The notes under the pieces are model-generated. The model did not search any database. It was not told the DNA's origin and saw only the letters and a list, made by a program, of their open reading frames with translations. 34,416 nucleotides of DNA, taken from assembly GCA_018238825.1 (NCBI GenBank), contig JABCSP010000002.1, forward strand, positions 1-34,416. The letters are read 5' to 3'. Source of the stretch: Candidatus Thorarchaeota archaeon (GTDB lineage Archaea > Asgardarchaeota > Thorarchaeia > Thorarchaeales > Thorarchaeaceae). This document shows, piece by piece, positions 9,018 through 16,329 of the stretch. The number at the start of each line of letters is the position of its first letter. The first letter of the stretch is position 1. Made by a program: the position numbers and the translations under genes.

Positions 9018-9416
9018 ATGGGATTTAGAGGTATGTCACCAAAGCAAATGGCTCGAATGATGAAGAAAATGGGAATCGAGCAGAAAGATTTGGAGGGTGT
9101 GAAAGAAGTAATCATCCGGTTTGCTGATAAGGAATGGGTGATCTCAAACCCCCAAGTCACCGCTATCAAACAATCAGGAGCAGAAACATATCAGATAGGA
9201 GGTACGAAGACGGAGCGTGCAACGTCAGGAACAGCAACATCACCATCTTCAGATACGGATACTAAAGAGGAAATAGCAGCTCCGGAGATTGAGATTCCAA
9301 TGGAGGATGCAGCTCTTGTGGCGGGTCAGACTGGTGTCGATATTGACACAGCAAAACAAGCGTTGAAAGAAACTGAAGGGGATTTAGCGGCAGCCATTTT
9401 GAAACTACGAAGATAG
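9018..9416 (+). CDS. nac: Nascent polypeptide-associated complex protein (archaeal NAC alpha, NAC + UBA domains)
   Basis: SPKQMARMMKKMGIEQKDLEGVKEVII... NAC domain and a C-terminal UBA-like EDAALVAGQTGVDIDTAKQALKETEGDLAAAILKL. Confidence 0.88.
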   Translation: MGFRGMSPKQMARMMKKMGIEQKDLEGVKEVIIRFADKEWVISNPQVTAIKQSGAETYQIGGTKTERATSGTATSPSSDTDTKEEIAAPEIEIPMEDAALVAGQTGVDIDTAKQALKETEGDLAAAILKLRR

Positions 9417-9424
9417 ATTATGAT

Positions 9425-9442
9425 TGTATTATTAGTAATACA
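9425..9442. terminator. Hairpin TGTATTA-TTAG-TAATACA between convergent nac and atpD
   Basis: 7-bp perfect stem with a 4-nt loop, in the 32-nt gap between two convergent stop codons. Member of the GTATTACA-type motif family. Confidence 0.35.
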
Positions 9443-9448
9443 GTTTCC

Positions 9449-10084
9449 TTAGTCTTCCTCAGCTGTGATCCAATCACGTACCATTTTCAGTCGAACAAAA
9501 TCTTCTCGTTCGCGCTCTTCTAGTGCAAGCTTCACAAAACGTACAGTGGCATCAAGTCTTGGAATAACTACTGTTTCAAGAGCAGAAACACGTCTTTTTG
9601 TTCTTTCAATTTCTAGTGCAAGTCGTTTCACTGTTGATTCGATTTCAGCAAGTCTAACTATAGCCTTTAGCGCTTCTTTGAATTTCTCACTCATCACATC
9701 AAATTTCGTACTTGAATCTGAAAGTGAATAAGGAAGTTCTGAACTGTGTTGCTCAACGGATAATACTGGAACCCTAACACCCATCATTGATCTCGTTGAG
9801 ATTTTTAGATCTGCTTCAAACTTACTGGCGTAAGCAAATTCAATTACTCTAGCAGGGCCCATAATCATTTTAGCTTGGGTCAACGCTGAAAATGATTCAG
9901 TCAAAGATTTGTCAACTTTTTCTCGAGCCTCTTTGATTTCAGCTATTGTATTGAAAAATTCCATTATTAATGAGTCACGTTTCTCTCGAAGAAGATCATG
10001 ACCTCTCTCAGCAAGCTTCATTCTGTTCTTGAGTGCAAGAAGCTCCATTCGAGTGGTCTTAGTACCTGGAAGAATCTTACTCAT
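9449..10084 (-). CDS. atpD: A/V-type ATP synthase subunit D
   Basis: N-terminus TRMELLALKNRMKLAERGHDLLREKRDSLIMEF and a 211-aa coiled-coil architecture typical of subunit D. Confidence 0.88.
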   Translation of the reverse strand: MSKILPGTKTTRMELLALKNRMKLAERGHDLLREKRDSLIMEFFNTIAEIKEAREKVDKSLTESFSALTQAKMIMGPARVIEFAYASKFEADLKISTRSMMGVRVPVLSVEQHSSELPYSLSDSSTKFDVMSEKFKEALKAIVRLAEIESTVKRLALEIERTKRRVSALETVVIPRLDATVRFVKLALEEREREDFVRLKMVRDWITAEED

Positions 10085-10131
10085 GTATAATCACTTCGGC
10101 AGACCTATTGTGAGAAAGTGAGATTTCAGTC

Positions 10132-10410
10132 CTAGTAGAATGTGAAAGCTAAAGCACTAATAACTATGCCAATGGTGCAGACAATGAGCCAGTCTCTCAG
10201 ATATTTCTGGACTAGTTTTGGTTTCTCATCAATCTGACCAGTGATTATCAATGTAGTGAGTGAGATGAAGAGAAAAGCGAACGGCAAAGCTACAGTTGCA
10301 TTTGTCAGACTGACATCAGTAATCATGATAATTGCAGCTAGACCACCGAAGATTAGGAATGATAGAATCATCAAAGAGTTCATGATATGCTTAATCCGTT
10401 CAACATCCAT
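10132..10410 (-). CDS. Small membrane protein (3 predicted TM helices), unknown function
   Basis: 92-aa hydrophobic ORF. It lacks ATPase c/K-subunit motifs. Confidence 0.5.
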   Translation of the reverse strand: MDVERIKHIMNSLMILSFLIFGGLAAIIMITDVSLTNATVALPFAFLFISLTTLIITGQIDEKPKLVQKYLRDWLIVCTIGIVISALAFTFY

Positions 10411-10534
10411 ATCGGATAGCTCCTAAGAGGGCTCATGACCATATTACTGGTCAAGGTACCAGCCGGTTCATTCTATTCAAAAAGGTTTTGTATCATCAGT
10501 GTGGATAATAGTAAATTGGGAAGTTTTTACCACA

Positions 10535-10545
10535 CTTTTTATATC
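10535..10545 (+). promoter_or_regulatory. TATA-like box CTTTTTATATC upstream of the AAA+ ATPase gene
   Basis: Its position predicts a transcript start near 10565-10572, which gives a structured leader of about 50 nt. Confidence 0.35.
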
Positions 10546-10566
10546 GGAATTGTCCTCTGAGAAACT

Positions 10567-10610
10567 GTATTACAATAAGTACTTGTGATACAAATTTATC
10601 TAGAAATTTG
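10567..10610 (+). promoter_or_regulatory. Two adjacent hairpins in the leader of the AAA+ ATPase gene
   Basis: GTATTACAA-taagtac-TTGTGATAC (9 pairs including one G-U) and CAAATTT-atctag-AAATTTG (7 bp). They are followed immediately by GAGGT and the ATG at 10622. Confidence 0.4.
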
Positions 10611-10621
10611 AGGTACATAAA

Positions 10622-11602
10622 ATGACAATTGCTATCCATGAGAGCGCATTGATTCGTCACTTTAACACTCGCAAAGAAGTCCTTCGAGCATGGGAAGAAA
10701 GGATAGGTTGCAGATTCTCACCCTTTCGTGGTTTTAAAATGCCAGATAGTCGTTTGTACATAGAAGATAGTGACTTCTTAGATTCCATTGTTGATTTGAT
10801 TATCACAAATGAAAGGCATGTCTTCATTCGTGGTCCTGTTGGATCAGGTAAGAGCACTCTAATGCTTTTGGCACTAAGAGACTTGCCTACGTTGGCTGAT
10901 CGAAGAGGAAACAAATTTGTCACTGGCTATGTAGGAATGACAGGTCTCTACGAGAAACAGATGGCTGCAGCTATTGCTGATTCTTTGAGAGTGAAGTACA
11001 AGAGGTCCTGGGAATCTACTCAGATTATAGATGCTGTGGCAAAAGAGAGTCTTCGAAGATATATAGAAGAAAAGAGTCGCACAGCACTCTTCATTGAAGA
11101 TGTTGCAGATAATCAAGAGGCCGCATTCCACAAACTTCGGTTTCTTGCAGACTTACCAACTGAAGAGATGGTTGATACTTTTGGTAAAGCACAGACTCTT
11201 GATGAACCAATTGTCACTTTGGTAATGTCTGGAACATTGATGTATTGGAATGCAATGCTATCCTTCTTACCACAAATCGCAGATCGTACAGAACCTCTTG
11301 ATGTCCCATCACTCAATAATGCAAAAGCTAAGGAATTTGTGGGGAGAAGAATAGCTTATGCTCAAGGACGAATTGATACCTTTGATCCAGATACATATGA
11401 TGTATACCCATTCAGTGATGATTCGATTAATGTAATTAATACTGCAGCAAGAGGAAATCCTCGTGATATTAGAATGCTAGCGCGAGGTTGTCAACAAGTG
11501 GCAGCAGAGAATTTTAGGAAGAATAGTGATCCCACCGTGGACAAAAAAATAGCATCGCTTGTTTGTCAAGCATATGCAACTATACTCGGGGAGGTTCAAT
11601 AA
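10622..11602 (+). CDS. AAA+ ATPase with Orc1/Cdc6- or ExeA/TniB-like motif order, no C-terminal winged helix
   Basis: Walker A GPVGSGKST, Walker B ALFIEDVAD, sensor-1-like VTLVMSGT and sensor-2-like ARGNPRDIRMLARG. The protein ends about 40 aa after sensor 2. Confidence 0.7.
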   Translation: MTIAIHESALIRHFNTRKEVLRAWEERIGCRFSPFRGFKMPDSRLYIEDSDFLDSIVDLIITNERHVFIRGPVGSGKSTLMLLALRDLPTLADRRGNKFVTGYVGMTGLYEKQMAAAIADSLRVKYKRSWESTQIIDAVAKESLRRYIEEKSRTALFIEDVADNQEAAFHKLRFLADLPTEEMVDTFGKAQTLDEPIVTLVMSGTLMYWNAMLSFLPQIADRTEPLDVPSLNNAKAKEFVGRRIAYAQGRIDTFDPDTYDVYPFSDDSINVINTAARGNPRDIRMLARGCQQVAAENFRKNSDPTVDKKIASLVCQAYATILGEVQ

Positions 11603-11603
11603 T

Positions 11604-11894
11604 ATGAGTCTACTTGGAAAATACAGACGAGATGAAGCAGACAAAGATGATGAAACAACAACGGTTCAACGAGAACCACATGAACCCACTAAGACTAGTG
11701 AACTCCATTCAGCAGTACCTAACAAAGAGCGAAAGAGTCCTATTGTTTCATTTTCCATTCCAACAGACCTTCGATCTTGTCTTCAGGCTATCAGGAAAAC
11801 TAAAGCAATCAACCTGAGTTTGTGGGTTGAGCATCAGCTCCGTGATGCAATTTCTAAAGAGTTCCCACAAATTGCTGAAGAATATTTAGAATAA
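11604..11894 (+). CDS. Ribbon-helix-helix (CopG/Arc/MetJ-like) DNA-binding protein with a charged, disordered N-terminal tail
   Basis: The C-terminal IVSFSIPTDLRSCLQAIRKTKAINLSLWVEHQLRDAISKEF fits a beta-strand plus two helices. The ATG lies 1 nt after the ATPase stop and is preceded by GGGGAGGT (11588-11595). I discarded the ORF-track N-terminal extension from 11559. Confidence 0.65.
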   Translation: MSLLGKYRRDEADKDDETTTVQREPHEPTKTSELHSAVPNKERKSPIVSFSIPTDLRSCLQAIRKTKAINLSLWVEHQLRDAISKEFPQIAEEYLE

Positions 11895-11900
11895 ACAGAC

Positions 11901-11920
11901 TTGTAATATTAGTATTACAA
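11901..11920. terminator. Hairpin TTGTAATA-TTAG-TATTACAA between the convergent RHH gene and acdA
   Basis: 8-bp perfect stem with the same TTAG loop as the hairpin at 9425-9442. Confidence 0.35.
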
Positions 11921-13312
11921 TTAGGGATTCTGGTGGACTTCAGCATACTCGGCTATTCGCATCATACAAAGTGCCGCAAGAGAAGGATCATCAAAACATG
12001 GAATCCTATTCATCTCTAAGAGATCTTTACCAGGTTTTCCAACATCGCCTGCCAGCCAAACACCAACGACCGGTTTATCTATAGCAGCCATGCGTACTCC
12101 TTCCAATGTACCTGCTGCATGTTCTGTCTGAGTCATGCCTGCAAATGTTGGAACGGCGCATATTACAAGTAACATGTCTACATTAGAATCTTTCAAGAGA
12201 AGTTCTGTAGCAATTCGATATTCTCTTCTTCCACCACTGGCTACAACATCTATTGGATTCCTGACTGAAGCCATAGGCGGAAGAACCTGGCTGAGTTCAT
12301 GACGTGTTTCTTGTTCAAAGATTGCAATTTTCAATCCCAAGTCTGATGCTGCATCTGTCGCCAACACACCTGCTCCACCTGTATTACTAATAATACCAAT
12401 ACTACGACCCCTTGGGAGTGGCTGGTAATCAAATAATTTACAGACCTCAAATAGAGTATCAAGTGTTGGAGCAGTAACACAACCTGCTTGACGAAGCATT
12501 CCGTCAAACACTTTGGCAGATCCAGCAAGAGATCCAGTATGTGACTGAGTTGCACGTCCTCCTGCCTCGCTCCTTCCACCTTTTAACACAACCACAGGTT
12601 TCTTACCGGCCGCTCTCTGAAGTGCTTCAAACAGTTCTCGTCCCTTATTCACACCTTCAATATATGCAGCAATTACGGTTGATTTAGAATCCTGTCTAAA
12701 ATAGTCTAACATCTCAACAATTCCTACATCAGCCGAATTACCAACACTGGCAAACTTACTCATTCCAATTCTCTTGGTCCTTGTTGTGTAGATAGTCATT
12801 CCTCCAAGAGCGCCGCTCTGCGAAACGAAGGCAATATTGCCGCGTTCGGGCATCATTGTGAAAGTTCCATTGAATAATCTGCTATTAGAAACACCTACAC
12901 AGTTTGGTCCAATGATTCGAATATCTGATTCTTTGGCAGCTATAGCCAACTCATTTTCAAGCACTGTTCCCTCGGCCCCAGTTTCGCTGAATCCACCTGA
13001 AATTATTACAGCATTTCTTGCACCTGCTTTCTTTATCTCGGGCATTAAAGATGCACAATATTTTGCTCCCACTGCAACAATCACTAAATCGACTGGTTCA
13101 GGTATTGCAGAAAGATTTGGATATGCTTTGGTTCCAAGCACATGATCCCGACTATGAGTTATTGGAAATATTTCAACTTCAGATGCTAGTAGATTCATCA
13201 ATATAGAATTACCTAGCTTTCTATAATCTGCAGAAGCTCCAATCAGGGCTATACGTTTAGGATTGAAGAATGGATCAATGTCTTTGAATAAATCAGCATC
13301 TGAACCGGTCAT
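11921..13312 (-). CDS. acdA: ADP-forming acetyl-CoA (acyl-CoA) synthetase, alpha subunit
   Basis: CoA-binding N-terminus (RIALIGASADYRKLGN) plus succinyl-CoA-synthetase-like flavodoxin domains (SQSGALG, HTGSLAG). Length is 463 aa. Confidence 0.85.
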   Translation of the reverse strand: MTGSDADLFKDIDPFFNPKRIALIGASADYRKLGNSILMNLLASEVEIFPITHSRDHVLGTKAYPNLSAIPEPVDLVIVAVGAKYCASLMPEIKKAGARNAVIISGGFSETGAEGTVLENELAIAAKESDIRIIGPNCVGVSNSRLFNGTFTMMPERGNIAFVSQSGALGGMTIYTTRTKRIGMSKFASVGNSADVGIVEMLDYFRQDSKSTVIAAYIEGVNKGRELFEALQRAAGKKPVVVLKGGRSEAGGRATQSHTGSLAGSAKVFDGMLRQAGCVTAPTLDTLFEVCKLFDYQPLPRGRSIGIISNTGGAGVLATDAASDLGLKIAIFEQETRHELSQVLPPMASVRNPIDVVASGGRREYRIATELLLKDSNVDMLLVICAVPTFAGMTQTEHAAGTLEGVRMAAIDKPVVGVWLAGDVGKPGKDLLEMNRIPCFDDPSLAALCMMRIAEYAEVHQNP

Positions 13313-13369
13313 AGTCCCACGCCAGCTGTGAACTTGATTTATGTCTGCCGTGTAAGAGTATTATTTGTA

Positions 13370-14614
13370 TTACAAGTAATATTTTTCTTTTTCCTTCCAA
13401 ATTTCTTTGTACAATCGTTTTAGACGTCCAATATTTGTACACGCTGTTGATTCGATTGCATTCCTGACAACATACTTGGTTTCAAAACATCTCTTACTAA
13501 CATTCTTGATAGCACGTATAGTGGTATTTTCTATTTCGTGGTTCTTAGTTTCACAAAGAAGATCCACAAGAGCTGATGCCGCTGATTCATTATAGAAATT
13601 ACCAAGAGCTGTGATAGAAGTTGTAGCAATGCGTGTGTCTTTGGATTGGGCAAGCTCTTCAAGTAGTAGAATGGATTCAGAGGTCCTAACTCTGATATGT
13701 GCATTTACGCATGTTAATACCTTCCGGAAATTAGTACTTGATGAGTGCTTCTCATAGTTATCCAATGATTCTTCGAGTATAGATTTGAGTGGATGGTACG
13801 AGTACATGCTAGCCAATGAGCACATGGTTTCAATATCGTGATTGATAGTTGACGTTAGTAGAGTTTGATATAGCAAGTTAGATGGATGAGTTATTGGTTT
13901 CATCTTAGTTTCAGCAATTGGTATTTCTTGGTGTATTACAGATATTACGATATCAAAAGTTTCGGAATCAATCTTTGTTCCTTTGATTCCCAGTTGTGAG
14001 AGTGTCTGCCTACCTTTTTCACAGAACCAGAGAGGTAGAACATTGATTTTATCACCATGTTTCTCAAGTGACAAACTAGCAACTTCTTCATGTTGTATCT
14101 TTTCAAGCAAATTTACCATATCCATTGAAATTGAATTCTCACGATATGCTTGATCAAAGAATAGAGTGTCCCCTGATTCAATCTGTTTGATAGCCAGTGA
14201 TTCACACTCTGTATGAAATGATTTTGAAGCATCAATCAGGGAATCTTCATTCTCCAATCTGGAAAGGATTTCTTCTGTTGTTACAGGAATTGGTTCAAAT
14301 CCATTACACTCTAGGATAGTGAATACTGTTTCTCGATACTTCAAATCTTCAATCAAGGTTTTACTAGGACCTGCTCCGATGGGAAGTATGTATGGAAGTG
14401 CTCTTGCCTTGGATAAGTGCTTGAGTGCTTCTGACCATCCCCGATCTTGTTCTATTTGAGAAAGTAGATCTTTCAAGTCACGGTATCTTCGTTCTCCTGT
14501 GGCATCAACTATCATTTGAGTGAGCTGCAATTCCTCAGATTGTTTGACGCGTTCCTTAACTGCAAGAAGTATTGATTCACGATTTTTGTCTTTAGCCAAA
14601 TGAGAACCTCTCAT
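13370..14614 (-). CDS. Hypothetical protein with C-terminal HEAT/armadillo-like repeats
   Basis: 414-aa ORF. The C-terminal RIATTSITALGNFYNESAASALVDLLCETKNHEIENTTIRAIKNV looks HEAT-like. No other motif recognised. Confidence 0.55.
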   Translation of the reverse strand: MRGSHLAKDKNRESILLAVKERVKQSEELQLTQMIVDATGERRYRDLKDLLSQIEQDRGWSEALKHLSKARALPYILPIGAGPSKTLIEDLKYRETVFTILECNGFEPIPVTTEEILSRLENEDSLIDASKSFHTECESLAIKQIESGDTLFFDQAYRENSISMDMVNLLEKIQHEEVASLSLEKHGDKINVLPLWFCEKGRQTLSQLGIKGTKIDSETFDIVISVIHQEIPIAETKMKPITHPSNLLYQTLLTSTINHDIETMCSLASMYSYHPLKSILEESLDNYEKHSSSTNFRKVLTCVNAHIRVRTSESILLLEELAQSKDTRIATTSITALGNFYNESAASALVDLLCETKNHEIENTTIRAIKNVSKRCFETKYVVRNAIESTACTNIGRLKRLYKEIWKEKEKYYL

Positions 14615-15067
14615 GAATTATACAATACACAGACTATCTATTTTTTAGATTTGATATTGATACGATTAAATCTATGTGATTATTCTAATTGTATTTCGTG
14701 TATTACGATTATTAGAGAATTGGCACAAATACAAGTTCCGGTATCAAAAATACCTGTTCTAAGATTAGAACTATGTACAAATGTTTCTATCATATGGATG
14801 AGTGTGTCGTAACACTAGAAGATAGACTGATGTCATTGAATCGCCTTTCGCACTGACGATTCAGGTACCTTCATTGTCATCTCTATCTCCTCAAGATCTC
14901 CAAGATGATTTATGACCGCTTGAGTGCACTGGTGCTGAACTACGATTCCTTGTTTCAGTTCTGCTTCTTTGTACGACACGCTCGCGCAGTTTCTTTTTTT
15001 CTGCTCAATAATATATGAGTGAGAGTTCTAACAAGTAAGCATACCAGTAATACAGGTGATTCTTGAT

Positions 15068-15619
15068 TCATTCATCATTTGGTTTCTTTCGTGAGAGTTC
15101 AGACTTCAGTACTAGTGCTGATGAAAGCTCTTCCAAAAATGACATGATTGTTTTTTCTGTAACTGCAACACTCTCAAGATCTTCTTGAGTTAATTCGGTC
15201 TTTCCCGCTAGGATATCTCGAATTCTTCTATAGTCTCCAATTCGTGTGGCTACTACTTCAAAAGGTCTAAACACTGTGGAATCAAACAATCCTAGGTATG
15301 CAAGAAGTAACATTGTGTACAGACATCGCGTGACATTTCTTCGTGCCTGGTTTAGAGTTCTATTGAAAGCACCTCTTGATACTCCTCGAGATTTGGTTCC
15401 AGGTCGAGAACGATATGATGCCTTATCTTCATAGGTGATATGAGATCCAAGATTGTCTTCAACCACAAGGTCAATCAATAGTGTTTCTAGTTGAGCTGAA
15501 CTTAGAGTCGATCCCTCTTGTAGCTTCTTGAGTATTGGTTCTTTCAATACTTGCTTTGTTCCAGATGTGAGGCTCCTGATAGCTTTTCTATTGGATTGGT
15601 CGGTGGTTTTCTCAACCAT
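15068..15619 (-). CDS. Hypothetical protein, possible Tfx/sigma-70-region-4-like HTH
   Basis: 183-aa ORF. The segment VSRGAFNRTLNQARRNV resembles the recognition-helix region of LuxR/Tfx-type HTHs. The call is weak. Confidence 0.45.
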   Translation of the reverse strand: MVEKTTDQSNRKAIRSLTSGTKQVLKEPILKKLQEGSTLSSAQLETLLIDLVVEDNLGSHITYEDKASYRSRPGTKSRGVSRGAFNRTLNQARRNVTRCLYTMLLLAYLGLFDSTVFRPFEVVATRIGDYRRIRDILAGKTELTQEDLESVAVTEKTIMSFLEELSSALVLKSELSRKKPNDE

Positions 15620-15807
15620 AACACGGTCTCCGTTAAGTTACACGCACATATCTCAAGATTGGCTGGAAGTACACATTAGATTGCTTAGAAGGCGTTTACT
15701 TCATACTTCATTCTGTATACTTGTGCGGATACACTTTTGTATACGGAGAACTCAAGGTAATAAGTGTTCAACTGTGATACTTGTATTACAATAGAATAGT
15801 GTGGTTA

Positions 15808-16224
15808 TTAGCGGTTTGATAAAGTCCATTCGGATTCGGGCGTCATTACTACAAATCCCAAGATAAGGTTCCCACGGACTTCATCAAATTTGTACACACC
15901 AAAGAGATGTTTTCCAGAAATATTGATCCATTCTATCCTTCCTCGGAGGAGGTAATGATTGAACAGTACTCGGCAGTGCTTTCGAACAGATGCAAAGAGA
16001 TTCTTGTATCGTCTCCTCTGTGATGGACGAATACCCCATCTTGAGAGAATGAAACGATTAGCTAGATTGTTGCTAGATATCAAAACAGATTTTCTTCCCT
16101 TTCCCTCAGGCGTTGATGAATTTAGGAGTGTATCTTTCAAACAGTCAGGAATTGAATCTAAAACTGATGCGGTTGCCTCCGGTTCTCGGGTGATTGATTT
16201 GGTGGTGTGTGTACTATTTGTCAA
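15808..16224 (-). CDS. Hypothetical protein
   Basis: 138-aa ORF with no recognisable motif. It is divergent from hypF. Confidence 0.4.
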   Translation of the reverse strand: MTNSTHTTKSITREPEATASVLDSIPDCLKDTLLNSSTPEGKGRKSVLISSNNLANRFILSRWGIRPSQRRRYKNLFASVRKHCRVLFNHYLLRGRIEWINISGKHLFGVYKFDEVRGNLILGFVVMTPESEWTLSNR

Positions 16225-16250
16225 GCCTGTTCAATGATTAATTCTTACCT

Positions 16251-16264
16251 GTCCTTAAGAGGAC
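16251..16264. promoter_or_regulatory. Perfect palindrome GTCCTTAAGAGGAC abutting a TATA-like CCTATAAT upstream of hypF
   Basis: Read directly from the sequence. It lies in the 105-bp divergent intergenic region, about 65 nt upstream of the hypF GTG. Confidence 0.35.
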
Positions 16265-16329
16265 CTATAATTGCCACTTCACTGGATTAATATTAACAAC
16301 AATTCTCAACGTTTAGAGGAGCCAAGATT

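Noticed and set aside
11559-11603. N-terminal extension of the RHH ORF in the ORF track (start 11559, overlapping the ATPase 3' end)
   Set aside because: ATG 11604 is preceded by a well-spaced GGGGAGGT and lies immediately after the ATPase stop. The extension would be translated from within the ATPase gene with no signal.
14833-14979. Possible 48-codon minus-strand small ORF (GTG start) in the 453-bp spacer
   Set aside because: It has no ATG start upstream of the last 15 codons, no ribosome-binding site that I could see, and no recognisable motif. I mention it only as a target for expression data.
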